From positions 1,920,001 through 1,984,000 of the forward strand of contig OY762069.1 of the NCBI GenBank assembly GCA_963665095.1: a DNA stretch of 64,000 nucleotides, in the 5' to 3' direction. How positions within the stretch are numbered: position 1 is the first letter of the stretch; each line of letters begins with the position of its first letter. Origin of the DNA: an uncultured Desulfobacter sp. (GTDB lineage: Bacteria > Desulfobacterota > Desulfobacteria > Desulfobacterales > Desulfobacteraceae). Position numbers and translations under genes: made by a program. Shown here one piece after another: positions 52,511 through 61,340 of this stretch. A model generated the notes under the pieces. The model had not been told where the DNA came from. It ran no database searches and saw only the letters and a list, made by a program, of their open reading frames with translations.

Positions 52511-53086
52511 ATGCTATCAGAACTTATTAAAAACAAAAATCTTTTTTTCCATCTTTACGAAATCGATAAAAATACAGCAAAACAGTACAGACAGTTGCCT
52601 TGTCCGCATTGTGGAGGCCCCTTATATTTCAGCAATTACATGCGCAAGCCCCGGGGAGAGCCTGAGGGCGTGCCGGAGGAATTCTTTATTCAGTTCAGCC
52701 TATGTTGTGGAACCGAAGGGTGTCGCAAAAGATTGATGCCGCCGTCCTGCCGTTTTCTGGGGAGAAAAGTCTACTGGTTTGCAGTTATTCTGTGTGTTTT
52801 AACAGACTGGCAAAATACCAATGAAAAAATCACCGTTTATGATTTGTCCATACGAACTGGCATTAGCCGGAACACAATAAACCGCTGGCTTGCCTTTTTT
52901 CAGGATACATTTCCAGTGAGCCGAACCTGGCGAAGGCTTCGGGGGCAGATATCCGCTGGTGTCAGTAACAGCCGTCTGCCGTCAAGTTTCATCAATTATT
53001 GCCGGGCGGTGAAATCCAACGCCGAAAACGCACTTGTATCAAGCCTGATAATCTTATCAGGCGGGTCCAAAATCAGGGCCGGATAA
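52511..53086 (+). CDS. Zn-ribbon/HTH accessory protein of E2
   Basis: CPHCGG..Y.RKPRG..SLCC..GCRKR..PPS.RFLGRKVY; HTH ISRNTINRW; AGGAG RBS. Confidence 0.75.
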   Translation: MLSELIKNKNLFFHLYEIDKNTAKQYRQLPCPHCGGPLYFSNYMRKPRGEPEGVPEEFFIQFSLCCGTEGCRKRLMPPSCRFLGRKVYWFAVILCVLTDWQNTNEKITVYDLSIRTGISRNTINRWLAFFQDTFPVSRTWRRLRGQISAGVSNSRLPSSFINYCRAVKSNAENALVSSLIILSGGSKIRAG

Positions 53087-53192
53087 TCTCGCGCAGAGGA
53101 TGAACATAGACAAATATATGCAGGCTGTTTTACCACCTGATTTCAGACGTTGATCCGAAATTTTAACCTGAAATTAAAAAGGAGCCTGATTT

Positions 53193-54638
53193 ATGAGTGG
53201 TAAAACACAGCACCCGGCAGACCTGTGGGCATTATTTCGCTTTTCGGTTATCGGCGGTTTACTGGCACGCCCTCCGGCAAAGGGAGAGTTGCAAAATGAA
53301 CTGACCCGGCTCGCAGGTCAAATCTATTCTCATCCTGTGACGAACAAACCGACCTGTTTTCATTTTTCCACAATTGAGGCCTGGTATTACAGGGCAAAAA
53401 ATTGCCAGGACCCAATTCTGGCTCTGGGCCGTAAAGTTCGTTCAGATATGGGCAAATCCACAGCATTGAATGCTGAATTGATCCGCCTTCTTGGTGTCCA
53501 GTACAACACTTATCCGCAATGGAGCTATCAGCTTCATTGCGACAACCTGGCAGCTGAAATCGCTGAACAGGGCCTGTGTGAGAATCCGCCGTCCTATGCA
53601 AGTGTGAGAAGGCGTATGGTTGAACGGGGTTGGAGAAAAAAGGCTTCCAAGAACAAAAATCAAACATCCGGACAGAAATCAGCTTTTAAGCGATTAGAAA
53701 CGTATGAAGTCCGTAGTTATGAAACCGAAAACATCCATGAATTATGGCATCTGGACTTTCACGAATGCAGCAGGCGCGTGGTGGACGAAAAAGGTCAGTG
53801 GCATACGCCCAAGGCATTGTGCATTCTTGATGATCGCTCCCGTCTGTGTTGTCATATTCAATGGTATTTGAATGAAACGGCAGAGGTTTTGATCCACGGC
53901 TTGTCCCAGGCGTTTTACAAAAGAGGGCTTCCCAGAGCCTTGATGACAGATAATGGTTCTGCCATGATTGCTCATGAAACCGGCAACGGACTTAAACGAT
54001 TGGGCGTCAGTCATGAGACCACGTTGCCATACTCGCCCTATCAAAATGGGAAGCAGGAAGCCTTTTGGGGTACACTTGAAGGCCGTTTGATCGCCATGCT
54101 GAGCCGGATGGATTCTTTGACCCTGGTATATTTAAATCAGGTCTCCCAGGCCTGGATCGAGATGGAATACAACAAGTCAACCCATGATGAAATTCATATG
54201 TCGCCATTGCAATGCGCCCTTGACGGCAAGGATGTGTCACGTCCTGCACCGGAACCTGAACAGCTTCAATTTTCGTTTACAGCCTGTGAATCCAGAAAAC
54301 AGCGTCTGTCCGATGGTACCATCTCTTTGATGGGCATCCGGTTTGAAATCCCTTCACGGTTTAATCATATCCAGCGTCTTCATGTCTGTTTTTGCTCCTG
54401 GGATAAATCGGTTGCCTGGCTGATAGATAAACGAACCGGAAATAAGCTTGCCGCAATTTATCCCCAGGACAAGACAAAGAATGCTTCAGCAATCCGTCGT
54501 ATCAAATCCACTCCGGATGAAATTAACCCTGGCCATGAAACCCTGTCCGGATCAGAACCGGCCCTGCTTAAAAAGCTCTTGTCCGATTATGCAGCAACCG
54601 GAATGCCTTGTGCCTACTTGCCAATGGAGGAAAAGTGA
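53193..54638 (+). CDS. DDE integrase/transposase (IS481/Mu-like)
   Basis: WHLDFH, LDDRSR, MTDNG, PYQNGKQE. Confidence 0.92.
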   Translation: MSGKTQHPADLWALFRFSVIGGLLARPPAKGELQNELTRLAGQIYSHPVTNKPTCFHFSTIEAWYYRAKNCQDPILALGRKVRSDMGKSTALNAELIRLLGVQYNTYPQWSYQLHCDNLAAEIAEQGLCENPPSYASVRRRMVERGWRKKASKNKNQTSGQKSAFKRLETYEVRSYETENIHELWHLDFHECSRRVVDEKGQWHTPKALCILDDRSRLCCHIQWYLNETAEVLIHGLSQAFYKRGLPRALMTDNGSAMIAHETGNGLKRLGVSHETTLPYSPYQNGKQEAFWGTLEGRLIAMLSRMDSLTLVYLNQVSQAWIEMEYNKSTHDEIHMSPLQCALDGKDVSRPAPEPEQLQFSFTACESRKQRLSDGTISLMGIRFEIPSRFNHIQRLHVCFCSWDKSVAWLIDKRTGNKLAAIYPQDKTKNASAIRRIKSTPDEINPGHETLSGSEPALLKKLLSDYAATGMPCAYLPMEEK

Positions 54639-55462
54639 TGAACAGCAAACGATTATTGGCTTATTATGGATTGAAGTACAATCCTTTTTTACCAAATATT
54701 CCTGTGGACTCATTATGGCATCCACCCCGGATGGAGGCATTTATTACACGCCTTGAAAATATGACCATGAACGGTGGATTTGCATTAATCGCCGGTGAAC
54801 CCGGTCTTGGCAAATCCAAGACACTACAGGCGATTGCCCATCAGCTTGGCAAGCTTGATGAAGTCGTTGTCGGCGTTATGGAGCGCCCCCAAAGCAGCGT
54901 GGCCGATTTCTATCGGGAAATGGGGACACTGTTTGGTGTCAATTTGAGTCCGGCCAACCGTTACGGAGGGTTCAAAGATCTGCGGCAACGATGGAAAAAT
55001 CATATTAAAACAACCCTGTTCAGACCCGTCCTGCTCATTGATGAGGCTCAGGAAATGCTTACCGGATGCCTGAATGAGCTTCGGTTGCTCAACAGTATGG
55101 ATTTTGACTCCCAGAATTTATTGACCACCATTATCTGTGGTGATACCCGGCTGCCGGAACGGTTCAGAACCAGTGCATTGGTAGCCCTGGGGAGTCGACT
55201 CCGGTTCCGGTTAAAATTGGATCCTTATACCCGGGAAGAATTGTTGGATTATATAGCGCATTGCCTAAATCAGGCCGGAGCTCCTCAACTCATGACAAAA
55301 CCTTTAATCACCGCTTTGGTAGAGCACTGTACAGGAAACTTACGGGTCCTCAATAATATGTCGGCAGAACTGCTTGAAGTGGGCGTTCAAAGAGAGCTGC
55401 CGCAACTGGATGAGAAACTTTTCATAGAGCTTTTTTCACTGAAACCGTCGCCAACCAGATAA
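54638..55462 (+). CDS. ExeA-like AAA+ ATPase
   Basis: GEPGLGKS, LIDEAQ; TGATG coupling with the integrase. Confidence 0.9.
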   Translation: MNSKRLLAYYGLKYNPFLPNIPVDSLWHPPRMEAFITRLENMTMNGGFALIAGEPGLGKSKTLQAIAHQLGKLDEVVVGVMERPQSSVADFYREMGTLFGVNLSPANRYGGFKDLRQRWKNHIKTTLFRPVLLIDEAQEMLTGCLNELRLLNSMDFDSQNLLTTIICGDTRLPERFRTSALVALGSRLRFRLKLDPYTREELLDYIAHCLNQAGAPQLMTKPLITALVEHCTGNLRVLNNMSAELLEVGVQRELPQLDEKLFIELFSLKPSPTR

Positions 55463-55473
55463 GAGGTATAAAA

Positions 55474-55716
55474 ATGACAATCAATGAAACACAACTTGAA
55501 AAAACAATGGCTGAAATTGTCGACGAGCTGGGCAATCTGGTCATGGAGTTGATCCTTGTCAGTTTAAAAAAAATAAACTCGGAAAATCATCTTTTGACAG
55601 AATTGCTGGAGATCAAACAAGAGGAACAAAGAGAAAATGAATTTTATGGTTTTGGTGAAACGGAGCCGGGACATCCTGGGGAGGAAACCCGGCAAGGGAT
55701 AGCCAAAAGCAGGTAG
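55474..55716 (+). CDS. small hypothetical protein of E2 (80 aa); 3' end overlaps the candidate RNA
   Basis: GAGG RBS, helical acidic sequence, directly after the ATPase. Confidence 0.5.
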   Translation: MTINETQLEKTMAEIVDELGNLVMELILVSLKKINSENHLLTELLEIKQEEQRENEFYGFGETEPGHPGEETRQGIAKSR

Positions 55717-55835
55717 CATTGAATAATGCGCCGGGGGAAGCGGGGTTGACCTGCTTCCCCTTTCTGTATTATTCAAGCTTTCCTGCTCATGCCTTAAAAA
55801 ACCCAATAAAATCAGTCGGAGCGCAGCGACATCTG
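55650..55835 (+). ncRNA. candidate structured RNA in the E2 right-end region
   Basis: homologous to 51236-51414 with compensatory changes. Confidence 0.55.
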
Positions 55836-55913
55836 CTAATCATTGAAAATACAGTTATGCCTTTCCCTGATTTATCCTGATTGTCGCTCCATTGATTATC
55901 GTGCTTCCTCTCA

Positions 55914-56297
55914 CTTTACATATTTTCTAATCATCTCAGAATCCAAACCAACTGTATCGACACAATACCCTCGTGCCCAAAATTTGTTACCCCAATAGGG
56001 CTTAGACTTCAGCTGCCTGAATTTACTGAACACCCTTATTGCAGTTCTGCCCTTCAGAGTCCCAACGTAATCTGATATCGACCCCTTCGGTGGAACCATT
56101 GCGAGCAAATGAACGTGATCTGTTTGCACATTCAGTTCCATAACCTGGCACCCCTTCTGCTCCGAAAAGGCTCTGATACAGTTTCCCACCTCATGCCCTA
56201 CTTCCCCTGTTAGTATCCGAAATCTATATTTCGGAACCCATACGATATGGTACTGACAATGCCATATCGTTTGTGATAATTTCTGAAATCGGCTCAT
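55914..56297 (-). pseudogene. tnpA: IS200/IS605 TnpA (HUH Y1 transposase), interrupted; last codons lie at 52313-52366
   Basis: YHIVWVPKYR, DHVHLL, FWARGY, IRKYV; continues HQENKERRAEQRDLFNK* beyond E2. Confidence 0.88.
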
Positions 56298-56418
56298 TTG
56301 TTACTCCTTGATCTTCTGTTGTGGGGACAACTTGATCTTTGAGTAACATTGAGCCATACAGAGGGCAAAGCCTCTGCACTCTGACCTGGTCCTGAGGACC
56401 AGGGTTTCTACGCTGGAC

Positions 56419-56754
56419 TAAAAGCTGGTCAACAAACTGCAGTTCTTCATCCACAATTTCAGGATATGGTTTTCTTAGCCGGTCGAAATCAAACAGGTTA
56501 TCAGAATGGAAGTTATCAATATAAATAGCCATTTCCTGAAGATTGCGAATTCCCCCAGACGGGCTTTGATCTTCAATGCCCGTAAGCTTTTCGATGGGAA
56601 GACCCAATTCTTGGGAGTAATCATAATTATCCACAACCTCAATCATGATTTCTCTGGTCAGTTCTTTCTTGGACTTCCTGGTCATATTTTTCCAGTTCGG
56701 AAAATCTTTTTTCAATTGATTTGTAATGATTCGCCTGATATTTTTCTCGTGCAT
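56419..56754 (-). pseudogene. N-terminal fragment of another transposase-like gene truncated by the IS200 element
   Basis: MHEKNIRRII..LKK..PNWK...DEELQFVDQLL, then the IS200 left end; family recalled, not verified. Confidence 0.55.
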
Positions 56755-56894
56755 AAAGCCTCTGTTTTTGTGTTTTGTTTTTTGAATTAAACGCTTAAAA
56801 TAATACACTTAAACAGAGTTTTTTCAAGGCTTAACTAATTGAATTTTAAATAAATTTTGCTAATTTTTCGCTATTGACTTCAACACCCTTTATT

Positions 56895-57641
56895 ATGGAT
56901 ATTTTTAAGGAAGCCGCCCAAAAAATTGTTAATTCAAATTATACGGTGGCATTTACAGGCGCGGGCATTTCCGTTGAAAGTGGTGTCCCGCCGTTCAGAG
57001 GCAGGCACGGGCTTTGGAACAAATACGACCCCAAAACCTTTGATATTGACTATTTTATGCAGGATTCCGGCCATGCCTGGGAAGTTCTCCGGGACATATT
57101 CTATGATCTGTTCGGCACGGTTCTGCCCAATGCCGCCCATTATGCGCTGGCTGAGATGGAACATACAGGCATGCTGCGCTCGGTGATTACTCAGAACATT
57201 GACAACCTGCACTCAGATGCCGGCAATAAAACTGTTTTTGAATTTCACGGGTCATTAAAAAAAATTCTTTGCATGAACTGCCATCGCAGAATCGGCGTCA
57301 ATGAGGTGAATATGCATCGTCTGCCGCCGGTATGTCCTGAATGCGGGGGACTTTTGAAGCCGGATGTGGTCTTTTTCGGTGAAGCCATCCCGGAAGCTGT
57401 GGCCTCCGGTGCCATGAACGCGGCACAAAAAGCGGACTGCATGATCCTTATCGGTACCACCGGCACTGTGGCCCCGGCCAATATGATCCCCCCCCAGGCC
57501 AAATCAAACGGCGCCACCATTATTGAAATCAACCCCTCTCCTTCTGAATACACCCGGGGGGTCACGGATATTTTTCTTCAGGATAAAGCCACAGTCGCCA
57601 TGGAACGACTGATGGATGAGATTGATTCTTTAAAACCATAA
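56895..57641 (+). CDS. NAD-dependent protein deacylase (sirtuin, CobB-like)
   Basis: TGAGISVESGVPPFRG, TQNIDNLH, FHG, CxxC pairs, KPDVVFFGE. Confidence 0.92.
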   Translation: MDIFKEAAQKIVNSNYTVAFTGAGISVESGVPPFRGRHGLWNKYDPKTFDIDYFMQDSGHAWEVLRDIFYDLFGTVLPNAAHYALAEMEHTGMLRSVITQNIDNLHSDAGNKTVFEFHGSLKKILCMNCHRRIGVNEVNMHRLPPVCPECGGLLKPDVVFFGEAIPEAVASGAMNAAQKADCMILIGTTGTVAPANMIPPQAKSNGATIIEINPSPSEYTRGVTDIFLQDKATVAMERLMDEIDSLKP

Positions 57642-57669
57642 GAAGAATTCTAAAAAAGGGAAAAACATC

Positions 57670-57999
57670 ATGGAAAACTGTTTGTTCTGCAAAATCGCCA
57701 ACAAGGAACTTCCCAGCGAGATGCTGTATGAAGATGACAATTATGTGGTGTTCAGGGACATCAATCCCCATGCACCGGTTCATCTTCTTATTGTACCTAA
57801 AACCCATATCCGCAGTGTTAATGATCTTGACCCGTCCCATACTCAGATTGTGGGCGGCCTGTTTCCTTTGGCTGCCAAGATGGCGGAACAGGAAGGGGTT
57901 AACAAGTCAGGGTATAAACTGCTGTTTAATGTGGAAAAAGGCGGGGGACAGGTTATCTTTCATCTTCATCTGCACCTGATGGGCGGCTGGGACCATTAA
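57670..57999 (+). CDS. histidine triad (HIT) nucleotide-binding protein, HinT-like
   Basis: CLFCKI, DINPHAPVH, GQVIFHLHLHLMGG. Confidence 0.93.
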   Translation: MENCLFCKIANKELPSEMLYEDDNYVVFRDINPHAPVHLLIVPKTHIRSVNDLDPSHTQIVGGLFPLAAKMAEQEGVNKSGYKLLFNVEKGGGQVIFHLHLHLMGGWDH

Positions 58000-58351
58000 T
58001 GTTTGGACTGAAAGTCTCCCACCTGCGCCTGCATCTGGGCAACTTTTAACCCAAACGTCAAAGAGCGTTTTGACACCACATAACGCCTTGTCCCAAACAC
58101 TATTTTTTAACATTATCCGGGCAGATATTTTTTATCTTTATTTTTTTATATATGGAAAAACAAAAACATTTCAAAAGAATCTATACTTTATTTATCCTGA
58201 GATTGAACAAAGTTAAGCGGTTTTTCGTTCAGACAAAATAATTTGGGTTTGGGGCTGAAACAGCTGAGTTTATGGGGTCTTGACTTGGGAAATGCTTAGC
58301 TGTAAAAAGCCATGGTGTTTTGAATTAATAAACTTAAGGTGAAACTGAAAG

Positions 58352-58429
58352 ATGAAAATTTTTAAAACTGATTTTTTCTTTTTTAGCTTTGGACGCTTCT
58401 TCTTTTTTAGAGGCGTTCATCCGGTTTAG
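58352..58429 (+). CDS. phenylalanine-rich attenuator leader peptide (PheL-like)
   Basis: MKIFKTDFFFFSFGRFFFFRGVHPV*: 10 Phe in 25 codons; AAGGTG RBS; directly upstream of an aromatic biosynthesis gene. Confidence 0.85.
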   Translation: MKIFKTDFFFFSFGRFFFFRGVHPV

Positions 58430-58454
58430 CCTTATGTCATAATTTGACTGTCAA

Positions 58455-58495
58455 GCCCCGGGTGGACGGTAAACCACCCGGGGTTTTTTGTTTTT
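58455..58495 (+). terminator. attenuator terminator 1
   Basis: GCCCCGGGTGG / CCACCCGGGGT plus T-run; 5' arm can instead pair with 58414-58424. Confidence 0.85.
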
Positions 58496-58502
58496 GCGCC
58501 TG

Positions 58503-58540
58503 ATGCCCCGGGGGAAACCTTCGGGGCATTTCTTTTTTTT
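58503..58540 (+). terminator. second terminator in the same leader
   Basis: ATGCCCCGGGGG / CCTTCGGGGCAT followed by TTCTTTTTTTT. Confidence 0.75.
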
Positions 58541-58591
58541 AATGGACTAAAGGCGTAAAAAAGTCGCCGTAAGGCAAAGGAGAATTCAGCA

Positions 58592-60463
58592 ATGAAACTA
58601 ATCTTAGAACCCGCCATAACGAACCCGCAACTGGCACAGATTCAGGCTGCGCTTGATGCCGATGGCTGCATCACCAGCCGGATTGTGGATGCCGGTGCTC
58701 AAGTTATCTGCATCACCGGAGCAAAGGTAAAACAGCCCTGCAATCATTATATCGGACTTGACGGTGTGGCCAAAGCCATTCCCATCACCACCGCCTATAA
58801 ACTTGTCAGCCGGGAGTTTAAAACCGAAGATACCCGGGTAAAAGTAGGCCCTGTCACCGTGGGCGGCGACCGCATTGCCATTGTGGCAGGACCCTGTGCC
58901 GTGGAAAGCCGGGAACAGGCCATGGCCATCGCCCGGGAGGTCAAAAAGTACGGGGCGGTCCTGTTCCGGGGCGGAGCATATAAGCCAAGGTCCTCGCCCT
59001 ACTCTTTTCAGGGCCTTGAGGAAGAGGGGTTGGAAATTCTGGCTGAAGTCAGGGAAGAGACAGGCTTGGGCGTGGTCACTGAAATGACCTCCCCTGCCCA
59101 GGCGGAACTTATGGAAAAATATGTGGATGTAGTCCAGATCGGCGCCAGAAACATGCAGAACTTTGAACTTTTAAAGTGTGCCGGAAAAATGAGCAAGCCT
59201 GTTGTTTTGAAACGGGGCCTTGCCGCCACAATCCAGGAGTGGCTAATGTCGGCCGAATATATTGCCGCAGGGGGAAACACCAATATCATTTTATGCGAAC
59301 GCGGCATCCGCACCTTTGAACCCTATACCCGGAATACACTGGATCTTTCCGCCATTCCGGTACTCAAACAGCTTACTCACCTGCCCATTATTATTGATCC
59401 CAGCCATGCCACGGGCATCCGGGAAAAGGTTGCCCCCATGGCCAGAGCGGCAGTGGCTGCCGGTGCCGATGCCTTGATGATAGAGGTTCACAACGATCCG
59501 GACCATGCATTGTCTGACGGTCCCCAAAGCCTTTATCCCGAACAGTTCGGCAACCTTGCCCGGGATATCTATGTTATTGCCCCTGTGGTTGGAAAACAGC
59601 TCGACTTTGATTATCTGAAAAAAAGCCAGATCGTGAATGACTGCCAGACAAAAGAGGCGGGGACCTGCGCCTTTACCGGCGAGGCTGGGGCCGACTCACA
59701 CAAGGCCTGCCTCTCCTATTTTGGAGATGATGTAACACCTGTTTCCATGCCGGGATTCAAGGATATCTTCGCGGCAGTTGAGGGTGGTACCGCAGCCTAC
59801 GGGGTGGTGCCCATGGAAAATTCCCTGTCCGGATCCATCCATGAAAATTACGATCTCCTGCAGGAACATGACCTCAAAATTGTGGGAGAGGTGACCATCC
59901 GCATCAAACATGCCCTGATCACCCATCCGGGAGCAGATGTCAACTCTGTGACCAGGCTGATGGTCCCGGCCCAAACCATTGCGCGGTGCCGTAACGTGCT
60001 TGACCAGATGCAGCACATGGACATCATCCCTGTCAGGGAAGGCGTCTCTGCCGTCAGGGTGGCAAAGGAGACCGGAGACCCCATGGCAGGAGCCATTGGA
60101 CCGGCAATGGCGGCCGGCATCTACGACATGACAGTTGCCGACGAATCCATTGAAGACAATCCCATGAACTTCACCCGGTTTGCCGTCATTGCCAAAGACT
60201 TGAAGGGTAAACGCAAGGCCCATAAAACCAGCATCATCTTTTCAGCCGGAAACCAGCCCGGTGCGCTTTTAGAGGTGATGCAGATATTCAGTGACCACCA
60301 CATCAACCTGGTCAAGCTTGAATCCCGGCCTATTTCGGGAAAACCCTGGGAATATCTGTTCTATGCGGACCTTGAAGCGGATCTTGATGATACAGGTGAT
60401 GATCCTGTGATGGCGGACCTGGAAAAGAAGGTGGAGACACTTCGGGTCATAGGCCGCTATTAG
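58592..60463 (+). CDS. aroF: bifunctional DAHP synthase (type I-beta) / prephenate dehydratase-ACT fusion
   Basis: [42 protein letters not shown]; then PMENS..GS, NFTRF and LESRP (PDT-ACT). Confidence 0.9.
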   Translation: MKLILEPAITNPQLAQIQAALDADGCITSRIVDAGAQVICITGAKVKQPCNHYIGLDGVAKAIPITTAYKLVSREFKTEDTRVKVGPVTVGGDRIAIVAGPCAVESREQAMAIAREVKKYGAVLFRGGAYKPRSSPYSFQGLEEEGLEILAEVREETGLGVVTEMTSPAQAELMEKYVDVVQIGARNMQNFELLKCAGKMSKPVVLKRGLAATIQEWLMSAEYIAAGGNTNIILCERGIRTFEPYTRNTLDLSAIPVLKQLTHLPIIIDPSHATGIREKVAPMARAAVAAGADALMIEVHNDPDHALSDGPQSLYPEQFGNLARDIYVIAPVVGKQLDFDYLKKSQIVNDCQTKEAGTCAFTGEAGADSHKACLSYFGDDVTPVSMPGFKDIFAAVEGGTAAYGVVPMENSLSGSIHENYDLLQEHDLKIVGEVTIRIKHALITHPGADVNSVTRLMVPAQTIARCRNVLDQMQHMDIIPVREGVSAVRVAKETGDPMAGAIGPAMAAGIYDMTVADESIEDNPMNFTRFAVIAKDLKGKRKAHKTSIIFSAGNQPGALLEVMQIFSDHHINLVKLESRPISGKPWEYLFYADLEADLDDTGDDPVMADLEKKVETLRVIGRY

Positions 60464-60669
60464 AAACCAGCTTAAAAAAGCTTTTGACTGGTTTATAGCA
60501 GACCACCTCGAACAGGGCCGCCATCAATTATCATATTTTTTAAGATTAAGATGACGGTTCTGTTCCTATTTTATTTCCTTCTCCCCCATTTGGGTGATGT
60601 TTCTATTTGATTTTTATTCAAAAATAGATACTATCACATAACTTTTTCTTTTGAGGAGAAGAATAAGCC

Positions 60670-61302
60670 ATGTCCCAGCAAGCAGAAATTTTCAAAACGC
60701 ACTATCATAACTATCTGACAAAAATCGGGGAGATCAATCCTGACACAGTCAAAGAGACCCTGGGCCTTAAAACCCGGGCAGATCACTTTCTTGTACCGTT
60801 CCTGGGAAACGTTTATCAGGTCTCGGCAAGGGGAATATCCGATGCCCAGGGAGAGCGGCCCAGTTACGGGCTTTGTGTAATCCTTGCCAGATATCTTCTG
60901 AACTGCCCGTCGCAACTTCATAATGATACCCAGTGGGTCGCATTCCGCGAATTCAGACAGGCCTCCCATTTTACCAATGTCAATTATTTTGCCACTGACA
61001 CGGAACAGGCCCTGATAAAACATTTTTCCGGCAGAATGGCGGATCTTGTTCAGGCCTGTGAAAAAGCAGGAGGAACGGCCGATGCCGTGCAGATGCCTTA
61101 TGATCTGGCTGTCTCTTTTCAGGCCCTGCCCAGGATTGGCCTTTTGTTGCTTTTCAACGAAAAGGATGAAGAGTTCCCTGCCCAGTGCAAGGTGCTGTTT
61201 AACAAACATTCGGAATTTTATCTTGATCCGGAGGCCCTGGCCATGACCGGCGCGGCCCTGGCAAAGACCCTTAAAAATCTGGCGCCCGGCGCCTGTGGAT
61301 AG
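60670..61302 (+). CDS. DUF3786-like protein
   Basis: WVAFREF, ALPRI.L....DEEFPA.C.VLF; GAGGAG RBS. Confidence 0.7.
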   Translation: MSQQAEIFKTHYHNYLTKIGEINPDTVKETLGLKTRADHFLVPFLGNVYQVSARGISDAQGERPSYGLCVILARYLLNCPSQLHNDTQWVAFREFRQASHFTNVNYFATDTEQALIKHFSGRMADLVQACEKAGGTADAVQMPYDLAVSFQALPRIGLLLLFNEKDEEFPAQCKVLFNKHSEFYLDPEALAMTGAALAKTLKNLAPGACG

Positions 61303-61340
61303 CACCCCTAAACATCAACACTGCAATAAAAGGAGGCAAC

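Larger units (their letters stand above)
52373..55913 (+). mobile_element. three/four-gene transposon E2 (Zn-ribbon protein, DDE integrase, ExeA-like ATPase, small ORF)
   Basis: TGAGA...TCTCA imperfect IRs; 6-bp target duplication CTTTAC (52367-52372 / 55914-55919); removal restores tnpA. Confidence 0.88.
52210..56418 (-). mobile_element. IS200/IS605-family element (tnpA only) split by transposon E2
   Basis: subterminal hairpins at 52219-52237, 52270-52292 and 56385-56403; tnpA halves on either side of E2; boundaries approximate. Confidence 0.75.

Noticed and set aside
50395..55462. ExeA ATPases as type II secretion components
   Set aside because: Both are translationally coupled to DDE transposases inside TSD-bounded elements, and no gsp genes are present.
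51236..55835. Guide-like match between the variable loops of the candidate RNA and each element's own target site
   Set aside because: No convincing match by eye. E2's CATCCTGGGG resembles E1's flank (CATCCCTGGGG) but that is the wrong element, gapped and short, so RNA-guided targeting is not supported from this window.
20506..57999. Sirtuins as anti-phage (Thoeris/DSR-type) effectors
   Set aside because: Both are short Zn-binding CobB-like deacylases in housekeeping context (one beside a HIT gene), with no defence partners.
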